Assembly (NCBI RefSeq): GCF_019459675.1
Contig: NZ_JAIBFH010000435.1
Location: 1-40,599 of the forward strand
DNA: 40,599 nt
Direction: 5' to 3'
Origin: Arenimonas sp.
GTDB taxonomy: Bacteria; Pseudomonadota; Gammaproteobacteria; Xanthomonadales; Xanthomonadaceae
Positions 1-8,866 of this stretch are shown here, in pieces. Every line of letters starts with the position of its first letter. Within the stretch, counting starts at the first letter, position 1. The notes beneath the pieces were generated by a model. That model searched no databases. It saw only the letters and a program-made list of their open reading frames with translations, and was not told where the DNA came from. The translations under genes and the position numbers were made by a program.

Positions 1-2333
1 CCGCCGCCGCGGCGCGCCCCGAAGGCGGGGCGGTGCTGGTGCTCGGGCAGGCCGGGCCGTAGACGTCGCCGGTAAAGGGGGGAGCGCTTCAGGGGCAGGC
101 CAACGGCGCCGCGCTGGCGGCGTGCGCCGTGCCGCGCGAGGAATGGGGCCCGTGGTTCCAGGCGCTGGTGCGTGAACTGGCCCACGACCGCCCGCTGCCG
201 GCGGCGCTGTTTTCAGCAGCGCTGGCGGAAAACCGACGCTGGGAAGGCCCGGACCGTCCGCTGGCGAATCTGCCGGCCCCGATCGTGGTCGGCGACGCTG
301 ATTTCCTGCTCAACACCAGCCGCATCTCGATGGCGGCGCAAGTGCTGGGGCACGCGTTGAACGAGATACCGCCCGATCTACTGCGGCCGACGCCGGAGCT
401 GAGTGCGCAGCTGGGTTTCAACGGCCTCGGTACGGTGGGCGACGCCTTTGCACGCCGCGTCGAAGGCTTTACCTTCCGCAATGAAGAGGGCGACGCTACC
501 GCCCTGGTGCGCATCCGGCGCGAGGTAGAGCAGCAACAGGGCGCACCCATCCCCGGCCCCGTCCGCAATTTCAGCCATGCCCCGCCGGTGGAGTTCGCCG
601 AGACATCGCCGCCGGACGAAGGCCTCGCCCCCGCGCCACCGCCAGGCAGCGAAGACGCGCCGGCCGCGGCCGGTGCCGAGCCTCACGAAGACGCGGCGCT
701 CCCCAAGCGCCACGTGCAGGCGAAGCTGCTGCAGCACGACGGCCACGACGTCAGCGACCAGCCCATGGCGCCTGCCCAGGCCTACCGCCTGCGCCTGCAT
801 ATCGGCTCGCGCTCGCAGGGCGTTCGCATCGTCGCCAGTGCCGCGCTGGACGAATCCGAACTGCCACAAAGCGAAGACGGCCATCCGTTGGCCATCGCCT
901 ACATCCCGCTCTCGCGACTTGACGAAGATGACGCCGGGCCGCCGGCACCACAGCGTGCCGAGCTGAAGCTGCCGGCATCCGGCGACAGCACGCCCGTCGA
1001 GTTCGCACTGCAGCCGGGACGAGACCCCACACGCTTTCGCGCACGCATCGTGGTGATGTTCGCCAACCGCGTGCTGCAGACGCTGCTGCTTGATGCCAAT
1101 GCCACCGGCCTGCTGCAGCTGCAGGAAGAGAACGCCTACCAGCCAACGCTGGCGCCGGACCCCAAGACCCGTCCGGCGCAGATTGCGTTCGTCATCAACG
1201 ACGATCTGCAGGGCCGGCCCGGCCTGGCGACGCTCACACTCGACTCGTCGTCGTTCCTGGACAGCGGCAGCCTTGCGGCTGAAATTGCCGCCATCTCGGT
1301 CATGATGGAAGAAGCCAACAGGGATGCGATGGGCACCACGCCGGCGTTTGACGATGAGGACGCGGTGCGGCGGCTGCGCGGGCTTGCCATGCACGGCTCG
1401 GCCTTGCTGGCGGAAGTGCAGCGTGCGCACGGGGTCGCGCCACTCGCGGCATCAACGCACGTGCAGCTGGTGGAAGCCGTAGCCGAGGCCTTCTTCCCCA
1501 TTGAGTTCCTGTACGACGGCGAGCCGCCGCTGCCCGACGCCACGCTTTGCCCGAACGCCCGCGCCGCCCTGGACGACCCTGCCGTGCACGCCGGCTGTCC
1601 ACATGCCGCCAGCGAAAACCACGTGTGCCCGGCGCAGTTCTGGGGCCTGCGCAAATGCATCGAACGGCTGCCGGCCCGGCCGCCCGCGGCCCGGCAGGCA
1701 GACGCAGGCGGGGCGCCGCTACCGGAGTCGGCCCCCGCCGGACGGCTCGGCCCGTTCCAGCGCGCGCGGGTCGCCGCGAGCAAGATCGCGCGCGCGCAGA
1801 TGGACGCGCAAACCGGACTTCCCGCCCGCGTGCGCGCTTCGGTACCGCAGGTGACCGTGGCCACTGACTGGAAAGACTGGAGGCGGCAGGTCAGCGCGGT
1901 GTCCCCGGACCTGATGATCCTGCTTCCGCACTCGCTGATACTTGCCGACGTGCCCAATATGGCGGCCCTGGAAATATCGCTTTCCGAGCTTCCGTCCAGC
2001 AGCATCCGCACTTCTTACGTACGCGGCACCCTGGCGCCGGGCCCGGTGGTGCTGCTGCTGGGCTGCAGCACGGCCCTGACGAAGGCGCCGTTCCTGAACT
2101 TCGTCAGGCAGTTCCAGCAGGCCGGTGCGCCGGTGGTGGTGGGTACGCTGGCCATCATCCACGGCACGCAGGCGGCGGCGATTGCCGCGCGCTTCCTGGA
2201 CATGATGGACGCCAACGCTGCGCCGCGGCGCTTCGACGAAGTGCTGCTCGACTTCAAGCGCCGACTGCTCGGCGAAGGGCACCAGGGCGTGCTTTCGTTG
2301 ATCAGCTACGGCCACGCGTCCTGGGAAATATAG
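1..2333 (+). CDS. CHAT-domain (caspase-like clan CD) protease, multidomain, probably 5'-truncated
   Basis: ORF 129-2333. The C-terminal ~390 aa have CHAT hallmarks: His in MILLPHS (codon 1929-1931), Cys in VVLLLGCST (2064-2066), then FVRQFQQAGAPVVVGTL and the end LISYG. Also FFPIEFLYD and FWGLRKCIER motifs, and a central beta-rich domain (YRLRLHIG...FRARIVVMFANRVLQ) resembling TCAD7. The same frame is open from base 3 except for a TAG at 60-62, and GTG129 has no clear RBS, so the true start is probably upstream of the window. Confidence 0.8.
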
Positions 2334-2343
2334 GAGACACCTG

Positions 2344-3456
2344 ATGTTGCGTATCCACATGCTGCATGCCGACCACGGCGACTGCCTCTGGGTAGAGTAC
2401 GGCGAAGCTGACGCGCCATCGCCGAAGCGGATCCTGATTGACTGCGGCACCGAGCGCACCTACCGCGAGCACCTGAAGGCGAAGATCGAACAGACGGTTG
2501 CGGCCGAAGGGGGCGTGCGGTTCGAGCTTTTCGTGGTCACCCATGTGGACTCCGACCATATCGGCGGCGCGCTGCGCTTCCTCGACGACTGCGCGGCGCC
2601 CGATAGCGGGGTGGATATCGGCGAAGTCTGGTTCAACGGCTACAAACACCTCGACAACCATTCGCCCTACGAGCTGGGCGGCGCCCAAGGCGAACTGCTC
2701 AGCGAGCTTCTGCTGCGGAGCGACTGGGACTGGAACACCAGTTTCGGAACCCGTGCGGTGATGGTCCCGGACGAGGGCGACCTGCCGCAGGTGGATGTCG
2801 CGGGAATGCGGCTCACGCTGTTGTCGCCGGACTTTGCCCGGCTGCAGAAGCTGAAGCCTGAGTGGGCGGAGAACGCCCGCAAGAACGGCCTGACGGCGGG
2901 CGGCCGATTGCCCGAAGACGAAGCCGTGCTCAACGACGGTTGGCTGGGCGAAGACCAGTCCGGTGCAGTGGATGATCTGGCCGCCTCCGTTTTCATCCAG
3001 GATTCGGCCAAGGCCAATGGCTCCAGCATTGCCTTCATAGCCGAGTACGACGGCGAGCGGGTGCTGTTCGGCGCCGACGCGCACCCGTCCATGCTGCTGC
3101 AAAGCGCACGCCGCGAGCCGCTCGCCGATCTCGAGACCGTCGAATTGGCGGCCTTCAAATTGCCACACCACGGCAGCCGCAAGAACGTCTCGGTGGCGAT
3201 GCTGGAACGGTTTCCGGCCGCCCATTACCTGGTGTCCACCACCGGCCAGCAGTTCATGCATCCGGACGCGCCGGCCATTGCGCGCGTGGTGCACACGGCC
3301 AGCGGCCGCGGCGCCTGCCTGCACTTCAACTGCCGCAGTGACTACAACGTGCGCTGGGATGACGCCGATTGCCAGGACGAGTACGGCTACAGCGCCGTCT
3401 ACGGCGAGGACGGCACGGGCCTGGTGGTGGAAATCGAGACGGAGAGTGACCCATGA
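2344..3456 (+). CDS. MBL-fold metallohydrolase, ComEC/Avs1a-like (putative nuclease)
   Basis: Motifs HGDCLW, ILIDCG, THVDSDHIGG, VWFNG, NGSSIAF, LFGADAH, KLPHHGS, STTG..FMHP. GGAG RBS lies directly at the stop of the upstream gene. Confidence 0.9.
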   Translation: MLRIHMLHADHGDCLWVEYGEADAPSPKRILIDCGTERTYREHLKAKIEQTVAAEGGVRFELFVVTHVDSDHIGGALRFLDDCAAPDSGVDIGEVWFNGYKHLDNHSPYELGGAQGELLSELLLRSDWDWNTSFGTRAVMVPDEGDLPQVDVAGMRLTLLSPDFARLQKLKPEWAENARKNGLTAGGRLPEDEAVLNDGWLGEDQSGAVDDLAASVFIQDSAKANGSSIAFIAEYDGERVLFGADAHPSMLLQSARREPLADLETVELAAFKLPHHGSRKNVSVAMLERFPAAHYLVSTTGQQFMHPDAPAIARVVHTASGRGACLHFNCRSDYNVRWDDADCQDEYGYSAVYGEDGTGLVVEIETESDP

Positions 3457-4526
3457 AACGCCTGATCCTTTGCGCCGATGGCACCTGGAACATCCGTGAC
3501 CAGCTCGACGAGAAGTCGGGCAAGCGCCGGCCCACCAGCGTAACCAAGCTGGCCCGTTCGGTGCGCGCGCGCGGACGCGACGGCGTGGACCAGGTGGTGT
3601 TCTACCTGGACGGCATCGGTACCAACGGCGGCATGGACAAGCTGACGGGCGGTGCGTTTGGCCGCGGCATCGAAGACAACGTGCGCGAGCTGTATCGTTT
3701 CCTGGTCTACAACTATGTGCCGGGCGACCAGCTGTTCCTGTTCGGCTTCAGCCGAGGCGCCTTCACCGTGCGCACGCTGGCGGGCTTCCTCAATGCCGTG
3801 GGTCTGGCCGGAAAGGACGACGACTATTACGTGCCCGAGCTGTACGCCATCTATGACAAGTCCCTCAGCGCCACCGATCCGCGATATGCGAGGGTGAAGC
3901 AGCAGTGCGAGGGCATCCGGCCGGCGCCACCGATCCGGATGATCGGCGTCTGGGACACCGTCGGCGCGCTCGGTGCGCCGGGCGTGCTGGGCAAGTTCAT
4001 CCATCCGGGCAAATACAAGTACCACGACGTCAGCCTGGTGCCGCAGATCGAGAATGCCTTCCACGCCATGGCCATCGGCGAGCGCCGCAAGGCCTTCGCA
4101 GTGAACCTGTGGCAGCGGCCGGCCGGCTGGACCGGGCATCTGGAACAGGCGTGGTTCGCGGGCGTGCACTGCGGGGTGGGCGGCGGCTATCGGCCCGACG
4201 GGCTGTCCAACGAGGCGCTGCACTGGATGGTGGAGAAGGCCGAAGCACTCGGGCTGGAAGTGGACAGCGATTACCTCGCGCATTTCCGCCCCTGCTTCAA
4301 CTCCGAGCACCACGAGTCCTTCGACGTCAAGTACCGCCTGATGGGCGAGCACGTACGCCCCATTGGCGCCGCGCGCGACAGCGGTGAACTGCTGCACCAG
4401 TCGGTGCTGGACCGCATGGCGCACGCGCCCAGCGCCTACCGCCCCGCGAACGTGCCGGACCCGGCGTCGACCGCCGCCTTGCCGGTGTGCACCACCACGC
4501 GCCTGCCCCGCGGCACCCCCTGCTGA
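3453..4526 (+). CDS. DUF2235 / Tle1-like alpha/beta-hydrolase (putative phospholipase)
   Basis: LILCADGTWN, YLDGIGT, GFSRG nucleophile elbow (3744-3758), IGVWDTVGALG, HAMAIGERR, WFAGVHCGVGGGY. ATGA overlap with the MBL gene. Confidence 0.92.
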   Translation: MKRLILCADGTWNIRDQLDEKSGKRRPTSVTKLARSVRARGRDGVDQVVFYLDGIGTNGGMDKLTGGAFGRGIEDNVRELYRFLVYNYVPGDQLFLFGFSRGAFTVRTLAGFLNAVGLAGKDDDYYVPELYAIYDKSLSATDPRYARVKQQCEGIRPAPPIRMIGVWDTVGALGAPGVLGKFIHPGKYKYHDVSLVPQIENAFHAMAIGERRKAFAVNLWQRPAGWTGHLEQAWFAGVHCGVGGGYRPDGLSNEALHWMVEKAEALGLEVDSDYLAHFRPCFNSEHHESFDVKYRLMGEHVRPIGAARDSGELLHQSVLDRMAHAPSAYRPANVPDPASTAALPVCTTTRLPRGTPC

Positions 4527-4619
4527 TCGCCTCCCTGACGCCATCTTCACCTCGCCCTTCCCGGCGTTGGACTACTTTCATTGATGGCCCGACGCGGGCC
4601 GAACCAAGGGAGCAGCGTC

Positions 4620-5819
4620 ATGAAGAAGCACCAGAATTCGTGGGTCCTGGGCGTGTCCATCGCGCTGTTGGTGGGCTGTGGCAACGCCAGCGACGCCGGG
4701 CAGGCTGAGGTGGCGCCCGCCGTGGCGACGCCCGCCGCCACCGATGCGTCGCCGGCCATGACCACCGCCAGCGGTTTCGACACCACCGAGGTGATGCAGT
4801 TCGACGCGCCTTGGGCGATGACCTTCCTTCCGGACGGGCGTCTGCTGGTGACCGAGAAGTCCGGCGCCCTGCGACTGTTCGACCCGGCCAGCGGCCGGGC
4901 CGGCGACATCTCCGGCGTGCCGGCGGTGGTGAATCGCGGCCAGGGCGGCTTCGGTGACGTGTTGCTGCACCCGCAGTACGCCAGCAACGGCGCGGTCTAT
5001 ATCAGCTACGTGGAAGCGGGCGACGATGGCAAGACCGGTGCCGTCGTGGCACGCGGCACGCTGGCGCTGGACGAGCAGGGCGGCGGTGCACTCACGGACG
5101 TGGAAACCATTTGGGTGCAGAACCCCAAGCAGGAAGGCGACGGCCACTTCGGCCACCGCATCGCCTTCGACGGCGAAGGCAAACTGTGGATCAGCTCCAG
5201 CGAGCGCCAGAAGTTCGACCCCGCGCAGGACATGACCGGCAACCTCGGCAAGATGCTGCGCCTGAACGACGACGGCAGCGTGCCTGCCGACAATCCGTTC
5301 GCCGATCGCGATGACGTGGGCGCACAGGTGTGGTCGCTCGGCCATCGCAATATCCTGGGCCTGGCCTTCGACGCGAACGGCCAGCTGTGGGCGCACGAGA
5401 TGGGCCCCAAGGGCGGCGATGAGCTCAATCGCATCGAAAAGGGCGCGAACTACGGCTACCCGATCGTTTCCGATGGCGACCACTACGACGGCCGCCCGAT
5501 CCCCGACCACGACACCCGGCCCGAGTTCGCCACGCCAGCCGTCACCTGGACCCAAGTGATATCGCCGGCCGGCTTCGTGATCTACAGCGGCGACCTGTTC
5601 CCGGCCTGGCGGGGCAATGGCTTCATCGGCGGCCTGTCGTCGAAGGCCTTGGTGCGGATTGCCTTCGACGGCGAGGGTGCCAGTGAAGCGCAGCGCTACC
5701 CGATGGACCGGCGCATCCGCGAAGTGGAGCAGGGTCCCGATGGCGCGCTGTGGCTGCTCGAAGACGGCGGCACCAAGGGCGAAGGCTGGCTGCTGAAGCT
5801 GACGCCGACCGGCGCCTGA
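4620..5819 (+). CDS. PQQ-dependent aldose sugar dehydrogenase (YliI/Sdh family), lipoprotein
   Basis: Lipobox LVGC; PWAMTFLPDG, GQGG, HFGHRI, GHRNILG, HEMGPKGGDELN, NYGYP, RIREVEQGPDG. AGGGAG precedes ATG4620. Confidence 0.92.
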   Translation: MKKHQNSWVLGVSIALLVGCGNASDAGQAEVAPAVATPAATDASPAMTTASGFDTTEVMQFDAPWAMTFLPDGRLLVTEKSGALRLFDPASGRAGDISGVPAVVNRGQGGFGDVLLHPQYASNGAVYISYVEAGDDGKTGAVVARGTLALDEQGGGALTDVETIWVQNPKQEGDGHFGHRIAFDGEGKLWISSSERQKFDPAQDMTGNLGKMLRLNDDGSVPADNPFADRDDVGAQVWSLGHRNILGLAFDANGQLWAHEMGPKGGDELNRIEKGANYGYPIVSDGDHYDGRPIPDHDTRPEFATPAVTWTQVISPAGFVIYSGDLFPAWRGNGFIGGLSSKALVRIAFDGEGASEAQRYPMDRRIREVEQGPDGALWLLEDGGTKGEGWLLKLTPTGA

Positions 5820-5913
5820 GGCGCAGCGCCGGCAGCTTTCCCGGCGGCTGGTATTGGGACGCATCAGTCGCCCACCGCCGTCGCGACCGGTGCGTTCTAT
5901 GCGAGCCTCGCGG

Positions 5914-6882
5914 TCAGGGACATCCCGCTTCGCGCGCGCTGAACAGCGCGCTCATCCGGGCCAGCACTTGCCGCAACGCCGGCGCCATCGCCTCACCGTC
6001 CACGACTTCCCCGTCCTGGCCAATCATCAGCACCTGTGCCAGCAGGCTTTCAGGCGAGTCCGCGCCTACGCGCAGCAGGCTGTGGGTGCGGGTCTCGGGT
6101 TCCAGCACGCCGCACCACACGGGCAGCTTGGCCTGCAGCTCGGGCACGGTGCCGGCGATGCGCAGCGTGATGCGGCAGGTGAACGGCTCGTAGGCGATGC
6201 CGCGCTCCAGGCGCGCAGCGACGTCGTCGGGCACCGGGCGCGGTACGAACGCGTCGCCTGCGTGCGGCGCGCCTTCGATGCGATCCACGCGGAAGCTGCG
6301 CCAGTCGCGGCGGTCGCTGTCCCAGGCGATCAGGTACCAGCGGCGGCCGAAGTTGGCCAGGCGCAGCGGCTGCACGTCGCGCTGGCTGGTTTCACCCGCG
6401 TGCTTTCGATAGCGGAACTGCAGGCGGCGGTGGTCCCGACAGGCCGTGGCCAGTTCACTGAGCAGGCCGGCGTCCACCAGCGCCGGGCCGTTGCGCAGCG
6501 ACAGCGTGACCGCATGCAGCGCGGTGGCGCGGCGGCGCAGGCGCTGGGGCATCAACTGGTCGAGCTTGCCCATCAGCCGCAGCGCCGTGGCCTCGATGCC
6601 GCCGACGCTGGCGCTGGCCGCGCGCAGGGCAATGGCCAGCGCCCCGGCCTCTTCGTGGTGCAGCACCAGCGGCGGCAGGACGGCGCCGCGGCCCAGCGCA
6701 TAGCCGCCGCCCACGCCCGACGAGGCTTCCACGGGATAGCCGAGCTCCCGCAATCGGTCGACGTCGCGGCGCACCGTACGCGCATCCACCCCGAGTTCCG
6801 CCGCGAGGTCCGCGCCGGGCCAGTGCCGCCGCGACTGCAGCAGGCTGGCCAAGCGGAGCAGGCGGGCGGAGGTGGACAGCAT
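5914..6882 (-). CDS. HTH-WYL-WCX transcriptional regulator (YafY family)
   Basis: N-terminal HTH (LAAELGVDARTVRRDVDRLRELGYPV), GGGY, WYLIAWD, WRSFRVDRI. Confidence 0.95.
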   Translation of the reverse strand: MLSTSARLLRLASLLQSRRHWPGADLAAELGVDARTVRRDVDRLRELGYPVEASSGVGGGYALGRGAVLPPLVLHHEEAGALAIALRAASASVGGIEATALRLMGKLDQLMPQRLRRRATALHAVTLSLRNGPALVDAGLLSELATACRDHRRLQFRYRKHAGETSQRDVQPLRLANFGRRWYLIAWDSDRRDWRSFRVDRIEGAPHAGDAFVPRPVPDDVAARLERGIAYEPFTCRITLRIAGTVPELQAKLPVWCGVLEPETRTHSLLRVGADSPESLLAQVLMIGQDGEVVDGEAMAPALRQVLARMSALFSAREAGCP

Positions 6883-6892
6883 TGCGGCAGAC

Positions 6893-6926
6893 TATCGAGG
6901 ACAGTAAATGTCCGCAATCCTCGATA
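6893..6926. promoter_or_regulatory. Palindromic operator between the divergent WYL regulator and GST genes
   Basis: GGACA-GTAAA-TGTCC dyad (6899-6913), overlapped by the TATCGAGGA...TCCTCGATA inverted repeat. Confidence 0.6.
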
Positions 6927-6960
6927 CCTTTCCCTACCCCCATCAGCCCAAGGAAAAGCC

Positions 6961-7602
6961 ATGACCACGCCCGCGCTCACCCTGTATCACAACCCCAGGT
7001 CCCGCTCGGCCAGCGCGCGCGTGCTGCTCGAGGCGCTGGGCGTGCCCTACGAAGTGAAGCTCGTGGACTTCGCCGCCGGCCAGACCCGCACGCCCGAGTT
7101 CCTGGCCATCAACCCCTTGGGCAAGCTGCCCACCCTGGTGCACGACGGCGCGGTGGTCACCGAACAGGTGGCCATCACGATCTATCTCGCCGACCGCTTC
7201 CCGGCCGCCGGCCTCGCGCCCGCGTTCGACCATCCGCAGCGCGGCCCCTACCTGCGCTGGCTGGCCTTTTATGCCGCCTGCTTCGAGCCGGCGCTGATGG
7301 ACCACGCCTTCAAGCGCGCGCCCATCGACCCCGCCACTGCGCCCTGGCGCGACTACGACACGGTGATCGAAACCCTGGTGGCGCAGCTGTCGCGCGCCGA
7401 CTACCTGGTGGGCGACACGCTCACCGCCGCCGACCTGCTGTGGGGCACAGGACTGCGCTGGACCACCGAGTTCGGCATCGTGCCCAAGCTGCCGGTGATC
7501 GTGGCCTACCTCGAACGCGTGGCCGCGTATCCAGCCGTGATCCGCGCCGCCAGCCTCGACGCCGCCTTGACAGCGCAGATCGACCCGCCCGCCGCTCCTT
7601 GA
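6961..7602 (+). CDS. Glutathione S-transferase family protein
   Basis: LYHNPRSRS, EFLAINPLGKLPTL, EQVAITIYLAD, YLVGDTLTAADL. AAGGA RBS before ATG6961. Confidence 0.95.
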   Translation: MTTPALTLYHNPRSRSASARVLLEALGVPYEVKLVDFAAGQTRTPEFLAINPLGKLPTLVHDGAVVTEQVAITIYLADRFPAAGLAPAFDHPQRGPYLRWLAFYAACFEPALMDHAFKRAPIDPATAPWRDYDTVIETLVAQLSRADYLVGDTLTAADLLWGTGLRWTTEFGIVPKLPVIVAYLERVAAYPAVIRAASLDAALTAQIDPPAAP

Positions 7603-7726
7603 GCTCAGCACCTGCTGCGCCGGAGCGAGGTCAGTTTCAGTTCTCGGCGGCTGTCGCCCCGCTCGGATTGCAGCTCGAGCGGGCAGGGCTCATATTCCCG
7701 GGAGCCCCCCGCGGAGTCACTCGTCC

Positions 7727-8866
7727 ATGCGCCTGCCAAAGCTGCGTCACCTTGCCCTTGCCGTGTCGCTTGCCGTCGCGGCGGGCTGTGCGTCGGCGCC
7801 TGTTGCGCCCTTGGAGTCGTCTGCGGCTGCCGCGGCGCCGGTGGCGGCCAGCGTCGACGTGGGCGAGATCGCGGGGGCGCCGTACCGCATCGACATTCCC
7901 GCCAACTGGCAGGGCGACCTGCTGCTGTACGCGCGCGGCTACGTGCCGCCCGGCACGCCGCGCGAAAGCGCAACCGATCGCAACGCAACCGACGAGTGGG
8001 CGCTGGCGCAGGGCTACGCCATCGCGCGCAGTGATTACGCGGCGCTCGGCTGGTCGGTCGCCGAGGCGGTGGAAGACAGCGAGCGGCTGCGCGCGCACTT
8101 CGTTGGCCGGCACGGCGCGCCGCGCCGCACTTTCCTGATGGGGCATTCGATGGGTTCGCACATCGCGCTGGCGGTGCTGGAGCGCTACCCGCAGCATTAC
8201 GCCGGCGCACTGGCGCTGTGCGGCGCCAACGGGCCGGCGGCAGAACTCTTTGGCGACCACCTGATGCCAGCGGTGGTGGCGTTCGACTATTTCTTCCCCG
8301 GCGCGATGGGCCTGGCGCCGGGCGGCCTGGCCGATCCGGCGTCGCCGGCGTGGCCGGACATGGAGGCCATGGAGCGCGCGCTGCAGGGCAACGAGGCCAT
8401 CGCCCGCCGGCTGGCCGAGCGCTTCGACATTCCGCGAGACGGCCTGGCTGGCGGCGTAATGATCCGCTACGCCGTGCTGCACGAACTGATTCAGCGCGCA
8501 GGCGGCTTCCCGGTGGACAACCGCGACGTGCGCTACACGGGCTTGGGCGATGACGCCGCGTTCAACGCCGGCGTTCGCCGCTACGCCGGCGACCCCGCCG
8601 CGATGGCGTACGCCGCCCGCCATGCCGCACTCACCGGCGCCGCACCGCGACCGGTGGTGATGATGGACAACCACGCCGACCCCACCATTCCCACCGAAGT
8701 GACGCGGCGCTACGCGGCCCTGGCCACGGCGGCCGGGCAGGGCGCGAACGTGGTGGTGCTGCCCGCGCAGGGCCAGGGCCACTGCGAATTCACCGCCGAA
8801 CACCAGCAGCAAGCCATGGCGACGCTGGCCGGCTGGGTGGACAGCGGGTCGCGGCCCGCGCCTTGA
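7727..8866 (+). CDS. Exported alpha/beta hydrolase (lipoprotein)
   Basis: Signal peptide with lipobox AAGC; GHSMG nucleophile; candidate Asp (ADPTIP) and His (GHCEF); GGAG RBS. Confidence 0.85.
   Translation: MRLPKLRHLALAVSLAVAAGCASAPVAPLESSAAAAAPVAASVDVGEIAGAPYRIDIPANWQGDLLLYARGYVPPGTPRESATDRNATDEWALAQGYAIARSDYAALGWSVAEAVEDSERLRAHFVGRHGAPRRTFLMGHSMGSHIALAVLERYPQHYAGALALCGANGPAAELFGDHLMPAVVAFDYFFPGAMGLAPGGLADPASPAWPDMEAMERALQGNEAIARRLAERFDIPRDGLAGGVMIRYAVLHELIQRAGGFPVDNRDVRYTGLGDDAAFNAGVRRYAGDPAAMAYAARHAALTGAAPRPVVMMDNHADPTIPTEVTRRYAALATAAGQGANVVVLPAQGQGHCEFTAEHQQQAMATLAGWVDSGSRPAP

Noticed and set aside
60-62. In-frame TAG upstream of the CHAT ORF, suggesting a pseudogene or stop-codon recoding
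   Set aside because: It lies in the first ~100 nt of an apparent contig end, and other genes here use TAG as a normal stop. Probably a base-call error; it cannot be resolved without reads.
4620-5819. PQQ sugar dehydrogenase as a fourth member of the CHAT locus
   Set aside because: It is a common periplasmic lipoprotein, separated by a 93-nt gap and carrying its own RBS, with no evident functional link.
5854-6960. 582-aa ORF suggesting a GST fusion
   Set aside because: The extension is antisense to the WYL gene, and GST has its own RBS and ATG at 6961.
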